Assembly: GCA_964199315.1 (NCBI GenBank)
Contig: OZ116703.1
Location: forward strand, 19,406,001-19,470,000
Reading direction: 5' to 3'
Source of the DNA: Orbicella franksi
Lineage: Eukaryota
Length of the DNA stretch: 64,000 nt
The notes beneath the pieces were generated by a model. The model searched no databases, was not told the DNA's origin, and saw only the letters and a program-made list of their open reading frames with translations. Positions within the stretch are counted from its first letter, which is position 1. Each line of letters begins with the position of its first letter. The position numbers and the translations under genes were made by a program. This document shows, in pieces, positions 37,901 through 49,319 of this stretch.

Positions 37901-39837
37901 AGTTAACTACAACAATGACCAGCTAAAATATGTGACTGGAATTCTGTAGTGATGTAAGCCATTACATGTGTGATCTTCACAACAGAAACCAGACCATGAA
38001 TGGTTACCCATCATTCATGGAACAACTTTTTTGAGACGCACTATCACAGGAATTTAATACAGTATAATTTGCTAAGTGATATTCAATCTAACTGGAGTGC
38101 ACACTTGCATTATGGTTAGTCTGAAAAATGTCCAGGTTAGTCAGATTATGGTTAGCTCTCAGCAATAGAAAATTGTTAATGTTAACATGTATACTTAAAA
38201 AGTATGCAGACTGCAGTTAGCAGTTTACCCGTGGTATGCAGTCTGCATTTTACTATTGCTCTGCAGTCAACAAACAACTCAATAGGGAGTAAACAAACAA
38301 ACAACCATAATAGGGACGAAAAAATCTCTGGGGAGTCGGAGAGAGGCCATTTTTGAATTATTATTACTATTTTTTAAATACCTCTTAGTTGTTGATTCTG
38401 GACTATGTTATGACTGAATGGATGGGCAGGTGAGTGGGCAGATCAATCTGAAAACATTAGTGAAACCCCAGATTTCAGGGTCTTACGTAGGAGACGATTG
38501 TTCAGAACAACAGTTGCTGGACATTTAAGATTTCAATTAAAAGTTAAACTGTTGATTGGAAGTGCAGAGAGTGGAGCAGTGTATTGATAACTTCTGTCAC
38601 TCACAAATGTAATCTGAGACACCAGTTGAGAGTCACGCCACTCCTCATTTTTGCCGCAGAAATGCAAACAAGTCAACCTCTCACACCTTTCTCGCTCGCT
38701 CCACCGCTTCGCAACCTAACACCTCGCAGCTCTCTTTGTTCACTTAGCTATGCTGCCCTGAAACTCATTAGGTCGACTTGTGGCAAGTCTACCTGTTCCT
38801 TTACCTCACTAAAAAATGTTCCTACGCCCCTTGCATGCCCATATGTTCTTAGTATTAAATTCCAGAGGGCCACCTACCCCATAAGGGAGTTCATATGCTC
38901 CCTCACTAACCCCTACACAAAGGTAACACATTACCAAAGTTAGCACTTCCTGTGACTATCCAGCTTATAGACCTGGTGACCTGGTAATGGCCTCTAGGCA
39001 CGTAGTCATCTCAAGTCTAGACAGCAGACAAAAATACTGACAACTGGTGTAAGTGATTTGGAAATTTTGAAAGGAACCCCTAAAAGGTAACAAGATCTTG
39101 TCATGTGGGCATGGCTTGAAATTTCTTTTCACCCCTAGGAGGTACCAATTCTAAAATAACACATTTATAAAAAATACCCCAAAACCTCCTGCTGTGCAGC
39201 TTTTGTGGCTGAACACCTTAGGAGATACCAAAAGCGCTTCTTTAACCCCTGAAAGGTACGACGAACACCCCTGTACTTCTTATATGGGAGTTGCCCCCTC
39301 CCCGTCCCCCACCCCCCGGACTTTCATCCTCAGCTCACCTGCAAGTTTGTTTTCAGTCGACGGAACAGCTTTCACAGGGACACGGATCGTGTAAGCAACG
39401 CCTTTGTTCTTGCTTTTCGCGAATTCAATCCCTAGTTGCAGGCCTGAACTTTCGCTGTACTTTCGATAATAGTTCGCCATGCTGTCGGTGCTGTTAAACT
39501 GGAGATAGGTCACGGCGCCATTAGATGCGTTTTGCACCAGCTCCATCACTCGATCAGCGTTCGGAACGTTGTTGATGACAAAACCGATTGTTGGCTTGCT
39601 GGTTGCATTGCCCTGCGGTACTGAATTGGACAACCCCAGCGTGGACACATTATTTGTGGGTATTTCACTGTCTGTCACGGCCGGCAGCTCCTTCGTTCGC
39701 ACGCTAAGTTTTATGAGCAGGAGAAGCAAAATCCACCATATTGGAATGAGAATCTCTTGCAAAGTTTCCCGCTTGTTTCGTTTTTTTATGTGAAAGTTTT
39801 TTTGAAGCAGATATTTCGTTTGAAGTAAAATGCCCAT
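13923..39837 (-). CDS. ABCA5: Full-length ABCA subfamily lipid transporter (ABCA5-like), 28 coding exons, about 1727 aa
   Basis: Exons in transcript order: 39339-39837, 37746-37864, 36009-36563, 34834-35150, 34075-34130, 33440-33619, 32534-32640, 31479-31598, 30358-30496, 29588-29678, 28581-28720, 27182-27351, 25812-26000, 24810-25196, 23913-24185, 23118-23402, 22195-22332, 21849-21974, 20327-20418, 19500-19662, 18919-19086, 18238-18410, 17140-17215, 16772-16866, 16153-16269, 15437-15681, 14603-14658, 13923-14030. Total 5184 nt, all phases compatible, GT-AG except one GC-AG. NBD1: [37 protein letters not shown]2: [38 protein letters not shown] motifs TTLEEVFL and STLEQVFL. N-terminus resembles ABCA5; exact orthology is inference. 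Confidence 0.93.
14790..15012 (-). mobile_element. tRNA-derived SINE, degenerate, intronic
   Basis: Minus strand reads tagtgttgagagc (A-box-like) ... gctcgaatcc (B-box-like), then gtcatatgtgggttgaatttg ... ttttccctggatactcatgctttcctcc, the same body as the copy at 17303-17790. Confidence 0.75.
16440..16690. repeat. Degenerate ~45-bp minisatellite with a recurring gcgaaa-n-agcaaaa core
   Basis: Core recurs about six times between 16445 and 16685 in the ABCA intron 16270-16771. It explains the overlapping ORFs on both strands. Confidence 0.6.
17303..17790 (+). mobile_element. tRNA-derived SINE interrupted by a MITE
   Basis: A box tggctcagtagg (17307), B box ggtttgaatcc (17350-17360). The body resumes at 17615 (gtcataagtgggttaagtttg...gggttctccggttttcc). 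Confidence 0.8.
17362..17614. mobile_element. MITE nested in the SINE
   Basis: TIRs ggggcctgtttctcg / cgagaaatgtgcccc. It splits the SINE immediately after its B box. Confidence 0.8.
19895..20125. repeat. Degenerate 9-bp-period minisatellite (acgggatta-like)
   Basis: Repeated acgggatta / acgggtctt / acgagactt units inside an ABCA intron. Confidence 0.6.
20560..20980. repeat. Degenerate tandem repeat (period about 130-160 bp) built on cagtc/acagt motifs
   Basis: cagtcacactac...attcttgtgata.gc.aaacacaat at ~20636 and ~20767; attcatagca.agt..tactacagtc at ~20737 and ~20895. Confidence 0.6.
21368..21780. mobile_element. Tc1/mariner-like MITE with internal gaggtggtcgc repeats
   Basis: Right end aggtttgactgta, degenerate left end cacagtcatacct, and multiple gaggtggtcgc/gaggtgatcgc motifs. 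Confidence 0.6.
23478..23710. mobile_element. TIR non-autonomous element (MITE)
   Basis: Imperfect TIRs aaaggagttacgtcacgg / ccgtgactgagcttcctt with TA at both ends. Second copy at 10637; related element with ggcactgtcac / gtgacagtgcc ends at ~28174-28493. Confidence 0.7.
26806..27063. mobile_element. TIR element containing a 60-bp hairpin insertion (26858-26917)
   Basis: Host ends ataggccatgtccgagttaccttgtgcctctg / cagaggcaaaatgaaattcggaattgccctat. The insert caacctcgttcccagggtc...gaccctgggaaagaggttg is self-complementary. Confidence 0.65.
28765..29055. repeat. Interspersed repeat, inverted relative to the copy at 29921-30213
   Basis: Colinear reverse-complement match with shared blocks such as acaattagattatgagct, cacttcgaaaac, gaagcggccg, ttttgttaaca, gagtagcgtagccaat and agagaacggcattcgt. 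Confidence 0.85.
29921..30213. repeat. Interspersed repeat, inverted partner of 28765-29055
   Basis: Reverse complement of 28765-29055 over about 290 bp. Each copy also has an internal hairpin (acaattagattat / ataatctaattgt). Confidence 0.85.
30590..30945. repeat. Dispersed repeat family (ggtacctcttaggg motifs); inverted copy at ~39060-39320, related copy at ~51370-51640
   Basis: Recurring ggtacctcttaggg, aaaacaggatctcggtacc and gagcacccc blocks, found in reverse complement at 39060-39320. Confidence 0.6.
31821..32287. mobile_element. Tc1/mariner (pogo-like) MITE
   Basis: TA|cagtggaaccc ... gggttccattg|TA, with internal attaac(a/g)ggg repeats. Confidence 0.8.
34489..34814. mobile_element. 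Tc1/mariner-like MITE 18 bp from the ABCA exon-4 donor
   Basis: TA|cagtgaaacctgta ... tacaggtttcatgg|TA. Confidence 0.75.
36819..37205. mobile_element. PIF/Harbinger-like MITE with internal gggtaaccc/aaccctag repeats
   Basis: TTA|gggtctgtttacaagg ... ccttgtaaacaggcct|TTA. Confidence 0.85.
37245..37625. mobile_element. MITE bounded by ~22-bp inverted repeats
   Basis: taaagatgatttccagtccata at the left and tatggactggaaatcatcttaa at the right. Confidence 0.7.
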
Positions 39838-41465
39838 TATTGCGGACTAAATCGTTTACAACAGGTGAACAAAGCACAACGGGTCACCAATTCCCGTGAC
39901 CTTTTATAAGAGGGGTTTTGTGGTGAACAGGTATGAGAGCAGCCTGGAAACGAGTATACGAATATGGAAGTGACACAATGTGCTAAAAAAAGATATAAAT
40001 ACGTCACACAATGTGCGTATGTGGTCATATGATAAAATTTACGTTTCTATTGTTTTCTGTCGTGATTCGTCGATTCCTACATGACCCTATATGCTAATTC
40101 GATTCTTTTAATGCACGTACAAATGACAATCAAGAGCTCCTGTACCAAATTAAACCGTTTTTCAAATTTCCTAATCGTTCATCTGCAAGTGCAATATGTA
40201 AGTTTTACTTTGCTTTTACACATGGCTTCCTTGTAAAGCAGGTTTTTTAACATTTCTTTTATTGCAGTAGTTATTAATGATTTATAAGTTAGGTAGTTAG
40301 ACTAATTTAATTCAATATTATTAAGTCGAGAACGAAATACCGTGTCTAAATAAAGATCTTACCTTATCTGTCTTCTCTGTATTTAATTTAATACCACCTA
40401 CAATGTTAATCAAAGATTTATATAGCAGTGCGCTCATATTGGGTATAGGGTATTTTCTGCGAAAGCTGTTTGTTTGAAGGGAGAGTATAAAATAAGAGAT
40501 GGATAGAATGAGAGATAACTAGTGGAAATTTCCAATCCCTTAGGTTGATGGTCCACCCTCTGAAACAACATGAGCCTGTTCATATCTTTTTCTTTTTTTT
40601 TTAACACAAGTTTTAAAGTTTGATCGAATGAGAGATTAAACAATCTACACGCGAAATTGAACTAGCGATAAATAGATTATAATTCACGAGTCACGACAGC
40701 GACTCGTAAAACTGGAAAAACGTTTTTTTGAAACTGTCTGCGAAACTCAAGCTTCAATTCCAGAACGCTAACACTTCTTAAATATTTCTTGAGAAACCCA
40801 TACACTGCTAGGCAGAGCGTCGCCAAATACTTATTTTGATAATTTTACCTTGTGTTTGTATTTGTTTCTCAACTTCAAAAAAAGGATAAATTAGTAATGA
40901 CCAGTGAATAAACCAGTCTGACCACAAATCTCAGCCTTTTGGCAATGCACACAACTCGTACAGTTTGTTTTCTAGACGAATCATGGCCATTTGCCAAGCA
41001 GAGTTTATTTTCTGACTACAGATCATGACCATGCCGTCGCCGAGCTACAAAACATTTATTCCTGATTACGCAACGTCGAAAAATTCCATCGAATCTAACA
41101 CGTGACTGGATAAATGCACTCATGATGTAGTGGGAGAATCTTTGCTTACGTCATTGGTTAGATTTTTCCTCATTACATACGACTTTGCTCAGAGAAGTCA
41201 TCACGCTGAATACGGATTGACTACAAACTTTTAAAGAGCCTGTAAAATTTAGTAACTGGTGATATTTTGGTGTAATAGTTGAGGAGAAATTGGCTTTCAA
41301 AAACTGCAAAATCATCTGGGTGGCAAAAGCGCTAATGAGCTCATACATTCTTTGTAAGTTTGAGTTTTTAAACCCGCGTCGCACTGAAACAAAGAGCTCT
41401 TAGAGTCTACTTCTGACTTCAAAGGCCTTTGCCTGATTCTGATCAATCCTCTGTAGGAAAACAGA

Positions 41466-42292
41466 TGGCGATTGCTACATTTAACCATAGTTCTTAGTGC
41501 ACAAAAACCTTAACAACGTTCATAAAAACGTATAGAAGAGTTGCAAAATCTTCAAACCTAGCATAAACAATGTCCTTCGTGCAGGGACAAATATTGTAAA
41601 AATTTGGCTTTCTTTGTGCGTTACAGGCTGTGTTAGGTTTGCAAGGTATTGTGGTAGAATGTACAGCCGCCATCTTTTTTCCTACGGTGGATTCTTGTTG
41701 ATGTAAGTCATCTGAAATTGTAAAAGTGAAACGAAATGTATTCCTTGCCCTGTTTCTATGGGCTGTTGACAGGCGATGTAGCGTTTAGTCGGCGAAGAGC
41801 TTGAAACAAGGAGTGCGGTGCTTGATGGTTCGGTAGTTTGCGTAGCAAGCGTTAGTAGCAGACGTTCTTCTACAAACACTCAGCATTCTGGCCACGCGAA
41901 AACTGGGTCTAGAACAAAAAATATCGACAAAGCTACCCCCGACTTCGACTCCATGCGAACCTAGCCTACCACAGCTCATCAGTCACAAGGAAAGCCATAT
42001 TTTTGCAATATTGTCCCGGTGTAAACGACATTGTGTATACTAAATTTGAAGATTTTAGAACGGCTTTTCTGTACGTCTTTATGAGCGTTGATAAGGTTTT
42101 CGTGCGCTATGAATTATGGGTAACACAGCTCATCAGTCACAAGGAAAGCCATATTTTTGCAATATTTTCCCGGTGTAAACGACATTGTGTGTACTAAATT
42201 TGAAGATTTTAGAACCTTTCTGTACGTCTTTATGAGCATTGTTAAAGTTTTCGTGCGCTATGAATTATGGGTGAACGTGCCAGTCGCCATCT
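41466..42292. repeat. Long imperfect inverted repeat (foldback-like); right arm contains a 154-bp tandem duplication (41971-42272)
   Basis: 41466-41630 is the reverse complement of ~42125-42292 (gatggcga.t...ccata.ttc.tag.gcac.aaaac.ttaacaa...aaaatcttcaaa..tag...acaatgtc). acagctcatcagtcacaagg starts at 41971 and 42125. Confidence 0.75.
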
Positions 42293-43274
42293 TTTTTCTT
42301 AAGTTACGAAGGATTCGATTTGCTTCACTGTCGTTGAAGGCGAGCGGGTCGAAATCGCATTGCCAAGCTTTGTCCCTGCTACGGGGAGGGCAAATCGGTT
42401 AACATGTCCCAAAAAATAAGCCCCGTGCAGGCGCATATGACTACTACTGATTACAAAGTGAAAAATAAGAAAAGTAGAATTGATGATGCATGCAAATAGT
42501 TTAAATAATGAATGCTTATGATGGGAGACGTGAGCTATATTTCCGGTCCTTTTTTTGCTGTGTTCAAATGAACGTTGTTATAGTATTTGTCCTATCATAT
42601 ATACTACACGCATCGGCGGGCGCTCTTATTCATCGACAACAGACAATTTATTGGATTTTTACACAAACAAAACTGAGCAGCATCTACCGACATGAACTTT
42701 ATTATCGCTTATTGGGCCTTGATAAAACATCAAGCGTTGCTCACAATTCAGACGAAACTCAAACGTGCAATTATTTTTTTGTTTTACTTTTCAGTCGAGA
42801 TAGACTCTGGCGAAATCCTCGCAAGCCTGTGGCAAGAGGAGGGAAACTTTGAAGTCCTGAAACGCTGCTATATCCAAATATACCCAACTAGTTTTTTTGC
42901 TGTGTTTTGGAAAAGCTGTTAATCTTCAACATATGTGAAACTTAGAGTGGAGTAATGTACAGCTCATGTAAAAGAAGCATCCGTCGGAACACAACTTGGT
43001 CAGCGATATATATCTAAGCTTAAAGCGGAACATACCTAAATTCGACACTGTCTTACTTCCTCAAACTGGAGCAGCTTACGACGAAAATACTTAAGCAAAA
43101 TTCCAACAGACGTAAACGCATTGAGTTGTGGGCCAAAAACATGAAAAATTTCGGGAATTTCGGACGCTATTTCCCCCGCGCGACTTCCGCAAAAATCCTC
43201 GCAGCATGTACGCGCGTGTGCCTCAGGCGATGGCGCAATTTGTTCTAAAAATAGGATTATTGTCCCATATCATG

Positions 43275-43400
43275 GGGACAACCCCAATACTTGAAATGGC
43301 GCGCGCTTACGGTCTCCGTCCCCGATTATGGCTCCTGGGACAACCCCAATGCTAGAAATGGCGCGCGCTTACAGTCTCCGTCCCCGATTATGGCTCCTGG
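43275..43400. repeat. Two tandem copies of a 62-bp unit
   Basis: ggacaaccccaat...gaaatggcgcgcgcttac.gtctccgtccccgattatggctcctgg at 43276 and 43338. Confidence 0.9.
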
Positions 43401-43561
43401 TCGAACTCTTCTTAGGCCTCTTTCGGTAATTTTTTTTTTTTTAGTGTAATGTAATCGACTTAAATCGACTTAAGATGTGTATATGTCGAGTTGACTTCGA
43501 TTTGTATCGAAACGACCTTGTGTCGAATCGACTGGACACCATTTACTGCACTTGTTATTGT

Positions 43562-45180
43562 TTTTTTTTATTATTATATTATTATTACTATTATTATTAT
43601 TATTATTATTATTCATTTATTTCCACAATTACAACAATTACAATTCTTTTTTCAACAATTAAGTTACAGAAAAATGAATAAAGTTTGGTTTACAGAAGTT
43701 AACAATGACACCATATTGAATTAATTAAGAAAATACATATTGTCAATTTTTTTCTACGTACTTATTTAATTTAACGATTTTCCTTAATAGTAGCGTTGTC
43801 CGACTTTAACTTTAGTTAAAATTGTTTCCTCAAAAATCTTCTATTTTTCTTTAAACAAATTCGTTTTATTCAATTTGAAGTATATGTTTTTCAGTTTCAT
43901 ATTTAATTACCAAACTTCTTATAAAGTGAATCAACAAAGGTAATGTTTCTTCACATCGACAAGTCCACAAGAAAGATTTGCCTAAAATTACTATGTAATT
44001 AAATAGATGCATCTCCTCCTCAAAAGACCCAACAATAACATCGCAATATGTAAGCGAGTGGCTTTTGCAACTCTTCATTTTACTCAAAATTCTTTCATTA
44101 ACCTCATGCCAAAAAGAATTTGAAAAAGAACAATCGAACAAAACATGGGATATGGTTTCTGTTAGCTGATGACAGAAGGTGCAGTTGGGATTGGAAACGT
44201 GTCCTATTTTAAACAGGCGGTCATTCGTAAACAGAGCAGAATTCAACACTTTGTACTGAAAGGAGCGTAGATACGGTTCGTTAGCAACCTTCACTGGCAA
44301 AATAGATGCCTCTTAAACTTGCTTGTCATCAAGGCTAAATTCGTTCTTTTATAGCTTAACCCATTTACTCGGCTTATCCCATATTTGTTTTATAAGAAAA
44401 CAATAATAGTCATGACATTTAAGACTTTCCTAATCAAGAATCACCTTAAAATTGAGTATGTCGACAGGCAACTTCAAAGGAACAGATTGCCTTAGGCCTG
44501 TCCAGACTAAAAAATTGGACCTTGTCAATCCCTCACTTCTGGGAACATTAAAAGACTCAATATTTGACTTGTCGAAGAGCAGATCATTTGTATATTTAAT
44601 ATTCATATTAAAATAATACTTATAAAAAACACATTTACCATAGATTTTGATTTCTTTGTTGTTCCATATAACATATTTGTAAACATTATTTGGATCTACT
44701 ATTTCTCTTATATTTGACCACCACACTAATAGATCCTGATAAAAGGTGGATGAAATGTTTATCTGGTTTACATCATAATTACACTGAAGTAGAAAAAGAC
44801 CCCCTTCATTATCCAAAAGATAATTAAGGTAAGACTTCCAGAAACCTGACGAGTCCTCATCCGTAATACGCATTAGCTAGCTCAACCTCAACGCTTTTAT
44901 CATGTTGCATAATCTATCATTTTGAGGCCATCTTGCTCATAGGGTGCATACAATATTGACCTTGCCATGAATTGACAAACCCCTTGACTTCCATAAATTT
45001 ATTGCATTTCTGATCTTTTTCAGCCTTTGCTTAAAATTTTTCTCCACTAGTATCTGCACATCATACTGTAGGTAATGAAAATTCCTAAAAACTTAATGCA
45101 AGTTTTCCATTTGACTCCAAGTGGTTCAATTGTTGCTTAGTTTGGCTCTATGAGGACTGAATGGTTCAGTTGACCTTAGT
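43562..45180 (-). mobile_element. 5'-truncated, frameshifted L1/Tx1-clade LINE fragment with (AAT)n tail
   Basis: Minus-strand fragments IKFLGIF, KIRNAINLWKSRGLSIHGKVNI and GLKMIDY, then ORFs 44430-44873 and 43866-44300 with a C-terminal zinc-binding motif CTFC..ETISHVLFDC (zf-RVT type). Stops and deletions present; tail at 43562-43615. Confidence 0.88.
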
Positions 45181-45555
45181 TGGAATTCATATTTCGGGTG
45201 CTGTACTTTGAATGGTTAGTTCAGTTTTATTAGCAATCGATTTCACTGCTTCGATATCAACACGGTAGTCGTCATTGTTTTGTATTTTAGATTTCGCAGA
45301 CAACCTTCTCTTGGATCTCTATGGGGTAGAGTTTGGTGAACTAGCAGAAGTAACCTCAGTCAATCAACTTTATTTAGAGAGGATGACACATGACAGTATA
45401 AAGTCAAAAACGTAGTGGCCCTTTGTGCTAAAAATCTACGAGCAATCTACAAACCTCTCTTCTAACACCATATACATGCAGGTTTATTGTCACAGCAAAA
45501 TGCATCTCTTACAGAAGTTTTCACAAGAGTTAATTTACTATGGTTATGCAGATCT

Positions 45556-45703
45556 CAATGGCGGATCTAGACCTTGAGCTAAGGGGGAGGCCCGGTTTTT
45601 TTTTTTTTTTTTGCTTGCCTTGTCGGCTTTTCTTCCCTCTGCAATTTTTTTACCCAAAAGAAGGGGGGAGGAGGGGGGGGGGGCGGGCCTAGATCCGCCA
45701 GTG
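45556..45703. mobile_element. Short MITE
   Basis: TIRs caatggcggatctag / ctagatccgccagtg. No TSD identified. Confidence 0.7.
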
Positions 45704-46819
45704 TCTACAGTTCCACTTCACTTACCACAGTCTTTTGGCTGCAACAAAGGGCTTGAAAAGTAGACTTCATAATGAAGCGTACAATGTTTTGATGACCAAA
45801 CTCTACAAATTTGCGAAGGCGGCGGAAGTGTTTAGGCAAGCTTCGTTATCAGAACCAAGTCACGGTGGTGTACTTCATTAAAGTTGGAGGATGAAATTTT
45901 GGCGGAAGTAGAAAAAGATGAGACAAACATTTCGAAATGGTTGAAAAGGAGGATCACTAACACAAACGACTGACCCGATCTTTGATTGTTAAAGAAAGCC
46001 GATAAAAAGGAATTAACACTTTGACAATACAGTATCAGAAAATTAAAAATGGGTTTCAGCAATGCCACCCTGAGAAGTTGCTGACGACCATGGTGTGTGA
46101 TATTCGTCGGGGGAGCGGGTTGTGAGTCAAAAAGAACCTATGTGAGGACCCCAAAGGAAGTAGTCTTCCCGACAGAATGCAAAGAGCTAAAAATTTGGGA
46201 TAATGCGATGTTTGTAAGTTACTATCGCAAGCCTTGCTGTGGAGAGAAAAAGAAGGTGTTCGAATCTTGGAAAGAGGTGGCTGTCTGCTTTGACCACAAA
46301 AAGCTGTTCAAGCTGGTAATTTTAGCGTGGGAAGATGCACGGACACTAAGGGCAAAAAATGTATGTTTTCTGGCACCAAAGAAATGCTGGACACTGCAGA
46401 TCGTTTTTGATATGTACGTGTTAGAAGGAAATTAGGTTTCTTAAAGCTTGGTTCTGAATTACAGCAAGATCACTATGCAAGATTATTCAGTGTTAAACTG
46501 GCACGTTTTTGTTCTCACAACATTTTGACGTTTTCTGTGATCAACTACTGAACAGACGCACGGCAACATGGAATATGTGATATGATAAAGAAACAAAGAA
46601 TGTCGATGACGTCATTTATGTGTCCAAGATCATAAGTAATAGCCAATCAAAATGCGAGAATGATTCGATATAATAATATAAGCCTGATTATCAGCCGGTT
46701 CCAGGTTGGTTGATCGAACTCGCTCCTCTCACTGTCTGATACTACCTTGTTTGAAATCTTGTTCCACCATTATTACCATTTCCACGAATCAGTTTCTCAA
46801 ACCTAGTTGCTGGCTTACA

Positions 46820-47626
46820 AAAGTTTACAATTTACTTCCCGTTTTGCACAACATCCTGTTCCTAATTCTTTTTCATTTGGCAATACTACAATCGAACTGT
46901 CTGACAAAGTACGCAATTTGGGTGTCATATATTAGACAAGGAACTGAGCCTAAAACAACACGTTAATGACATTTGTAAGAAGGCTATCCTGCCAATACGA
47001 TCAATAAGCCTGATGAGGAAATATCTCTCACATGACAATCTCAAATGTATCGTGAACGCTTTTGTCATTTCACGCCTGGATTACTGCAACAGTGTACTTT
47101 ACGGCCTCCCTAAGCTTGAGCATGATAAACTGCAGCGAATTCAGAACATTGCGGCGCGACTGATTACTGGAACTAAGCGGAAAGAACATATTACTCCCGC
47201 CCTCAAGGACCTGCACTGGCTTCCTGTCAAATCACGCATCGTTTTTAAGATCCTACTATTAACCTACAAAGCCCTTAATGGTCTTTTACCAACCTACTTA
47301 ACTTCTCTTTTTAACGCCTATAAACCAGCTCGTTCTCTTCGATCATCTGGCCAATACTCTTACAAGTTCCGGACGTGAAAACATGTACATACGGTCAAAG
47401 ATCTTTTTCTTTTTACGCAACGAAACTTTGGAATGACCTACCTTTTTATATCAAACAGTCTGAGAGCATAGCGATTTTTAAAAAGAACCTTAAAACATTT
47501 CTTTTTTGTAATAGTTTTTAACCTAGTCATAGATTTTAATAATTGCATCTTTTAGTTAGGTTTTTATTCTTTTTAATCGTATACAATTGTAAGCGCATTG
47601 AGAATTCTAAATGCGTAATAAGAACC

Positions 47627-47670
<44 letters not shown>
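46820..47670 (+). mobile_element. 3' fragment of an L2/CR1-group LINE with (TTA)n tail
   Basis: Translates as SDKVRNLGVI..D.EL.LKQHVNDICKK...NAFVISRLDYCNSVLYGLP...LQRIQNIAARLITG...HITPALKDLHWLPVKSRIVFKILLLTYKALNG, the typical L2 post-RT region. Frameshifted; tail at 47627-47670. Confidence 0.9.
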
Positions 47671-47672
<2 letters not shown>

Positions 47673-47749
47673 AGATTCGCACAGCTATTGATGATATTGA
47701 AGCTGGTTTCGTCATTGGCTCCGAGCAACAACAAGTTGCCTAGGGAAGC

Positions 47750-47806
<57 letters not shown>

Positions 47807-48923
47807 TTTGTCTAAGAGGCTCGCGAGCTCCCAGGAGAGTCCACTTAGAACTGTTGGACATTGATTTAGATATCGAAAAAGGACATGCAAATATTTGTTA
47901 AGGTAATTGAGAATGCTATTTCTGGGGAACTCTAGCCGAAGCCACGAACACTGAGCCAAGAAGTGGACCTGCATATAGCTACAGTGTATTTTTAAAGTAG
48001 AGTTTTTGCCATTTAAATGTGTAGGGTATTTTTTGCTATTCTTATTTAAATTTTTTTCAACAAATGACAATAGACAAATTTATAAGGGTTGTAAAGAATG
48101 AGTGTAATCTGTAATTCGTTTGTAAGTTAGTGTTTCCCTGACATATATATTGTCCTAAGAATTTTTACAGTTGCAACTTTTTATAAGCCACTAATAAACA
48201 TTATTATTATTTATTATTATTATTATTATTATTAAGGATTTGCACAGCTATTGATGATATTGAAGCTGGTTTCGTCATTGGCTCGGGGCAACAACAAGTT
48301 GCCTAGGGAAGCCTAGGGAAGCCAAGAAACACCCCTTATTATTATTATTATTAATATTATTATTATTATTATTATTATTACTTTGTCTAAGAGGCTCGCG
48401 AGCTCCCAGGAGAGTCCACTTAGAACTGTCGGACATTGATTTAGATATCGAAAAAGGACATGCAAATATTTGTTAAGGTAATTGAGAATGCTATTTCTGG
48501 GGAACTCTAGCCAAAGCCACGAACACTGAGCCAAGAAGTGGACCTGCATATAGCTACAGTGTATTTTTAAAGTAGAGTTTTTGCCATTTAAATGTGTAGA
48601 GTATTTTTTGCTATTCTTATTTAAATTTTTTTCGACCAATGACAATAGACAAATTTATAAGGGTTGTAAAGAATGAGTGTAATTTGTAATTCGTTTGTAA
48701 GTTAGTATTTCCCTGACATATATATTGTCCTAAGAATTTTTACAGTTGCAACTTTTTATAAGCCACTAATAAACATTATTATTATTTATTATTATTATTA
48801 TTATTAAGGATTCGCACAGCTATTGATGATATTGAAGCTGGTTTCGTCATTGGCTCGGGGCAACAACAAGTTGCCTAGGGAAGCCTAGCGAAGCCAAGAA
48901 ACACCCCTTATTATTATTATTAA

Positions 48924-48960
<37 letters not shown>
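47671..48960. repeat. About 2.2 tandem copies of a ~570-bp composite unit punctuated by (TTA)n tracts
   Basis: gatt(c/t)gcacagctattgatgat at 47674, 48237 and 48809; ctttgtctaagaggctcgcg block twice; five or six (TTA)n runs. Confidence 0.92.
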
Positions 48961-48962
<2 letters not shown>

Positions 48963-49319
48963 AAGTTGCCGCGAATTTTGTTTGGCTCAGCTATTTATGA
49001 ACAGGAAATGGCCTAAGACTAAGATTTCCTTACGGGCAAGAATTTCCTTGATGAAATTTCCATCAAAACGGTGTTCCCAAGATAAGGAGCTAACCTCCCC
49101 TCTCCCTAGAAAAACTAAGAGACAATACAGTGGGGAAAAATATCTTGAGGTGGCTTGGTGTTTTCAAGGGAAAATGATGGCGGAAAAAGTCTCAGTCAAA
49201 ATATATTCCTATTAAGAACACCACGTGCAAATAACTAAGAAAAAAACAAACTTTTTTCTTGCATTGAGGAAAGACTACACATAGAAAATTCATCTTTTGT
49301 GAAACTTTGTAAGACAGAG

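Noticed and set aside
13923-39837. Using the ABCA gene as extra support for MHC-paralogon synteny
   Set aside because: The MHC-paralogon ABCA genes are ABCA1/2/4/7, whereas this protein looks ABCA5-like, so it was not counted as evidence.
43475-43724. ORFs with poly-Tyr/poly-Ile runs (also 47543-47743, 47669-48070, 48313-48645)
   Set aside because: Translation artefacts of (TAT/TTA)n microsatellites.
45780-46440. ORFs 45832-46068 (-) and 46097-46435 (+) as a possible transposase or retroelement remnant
   Set aside because: No recognisable catalytic or structural motif in any frame by eye. A translated HMM search would be needed.
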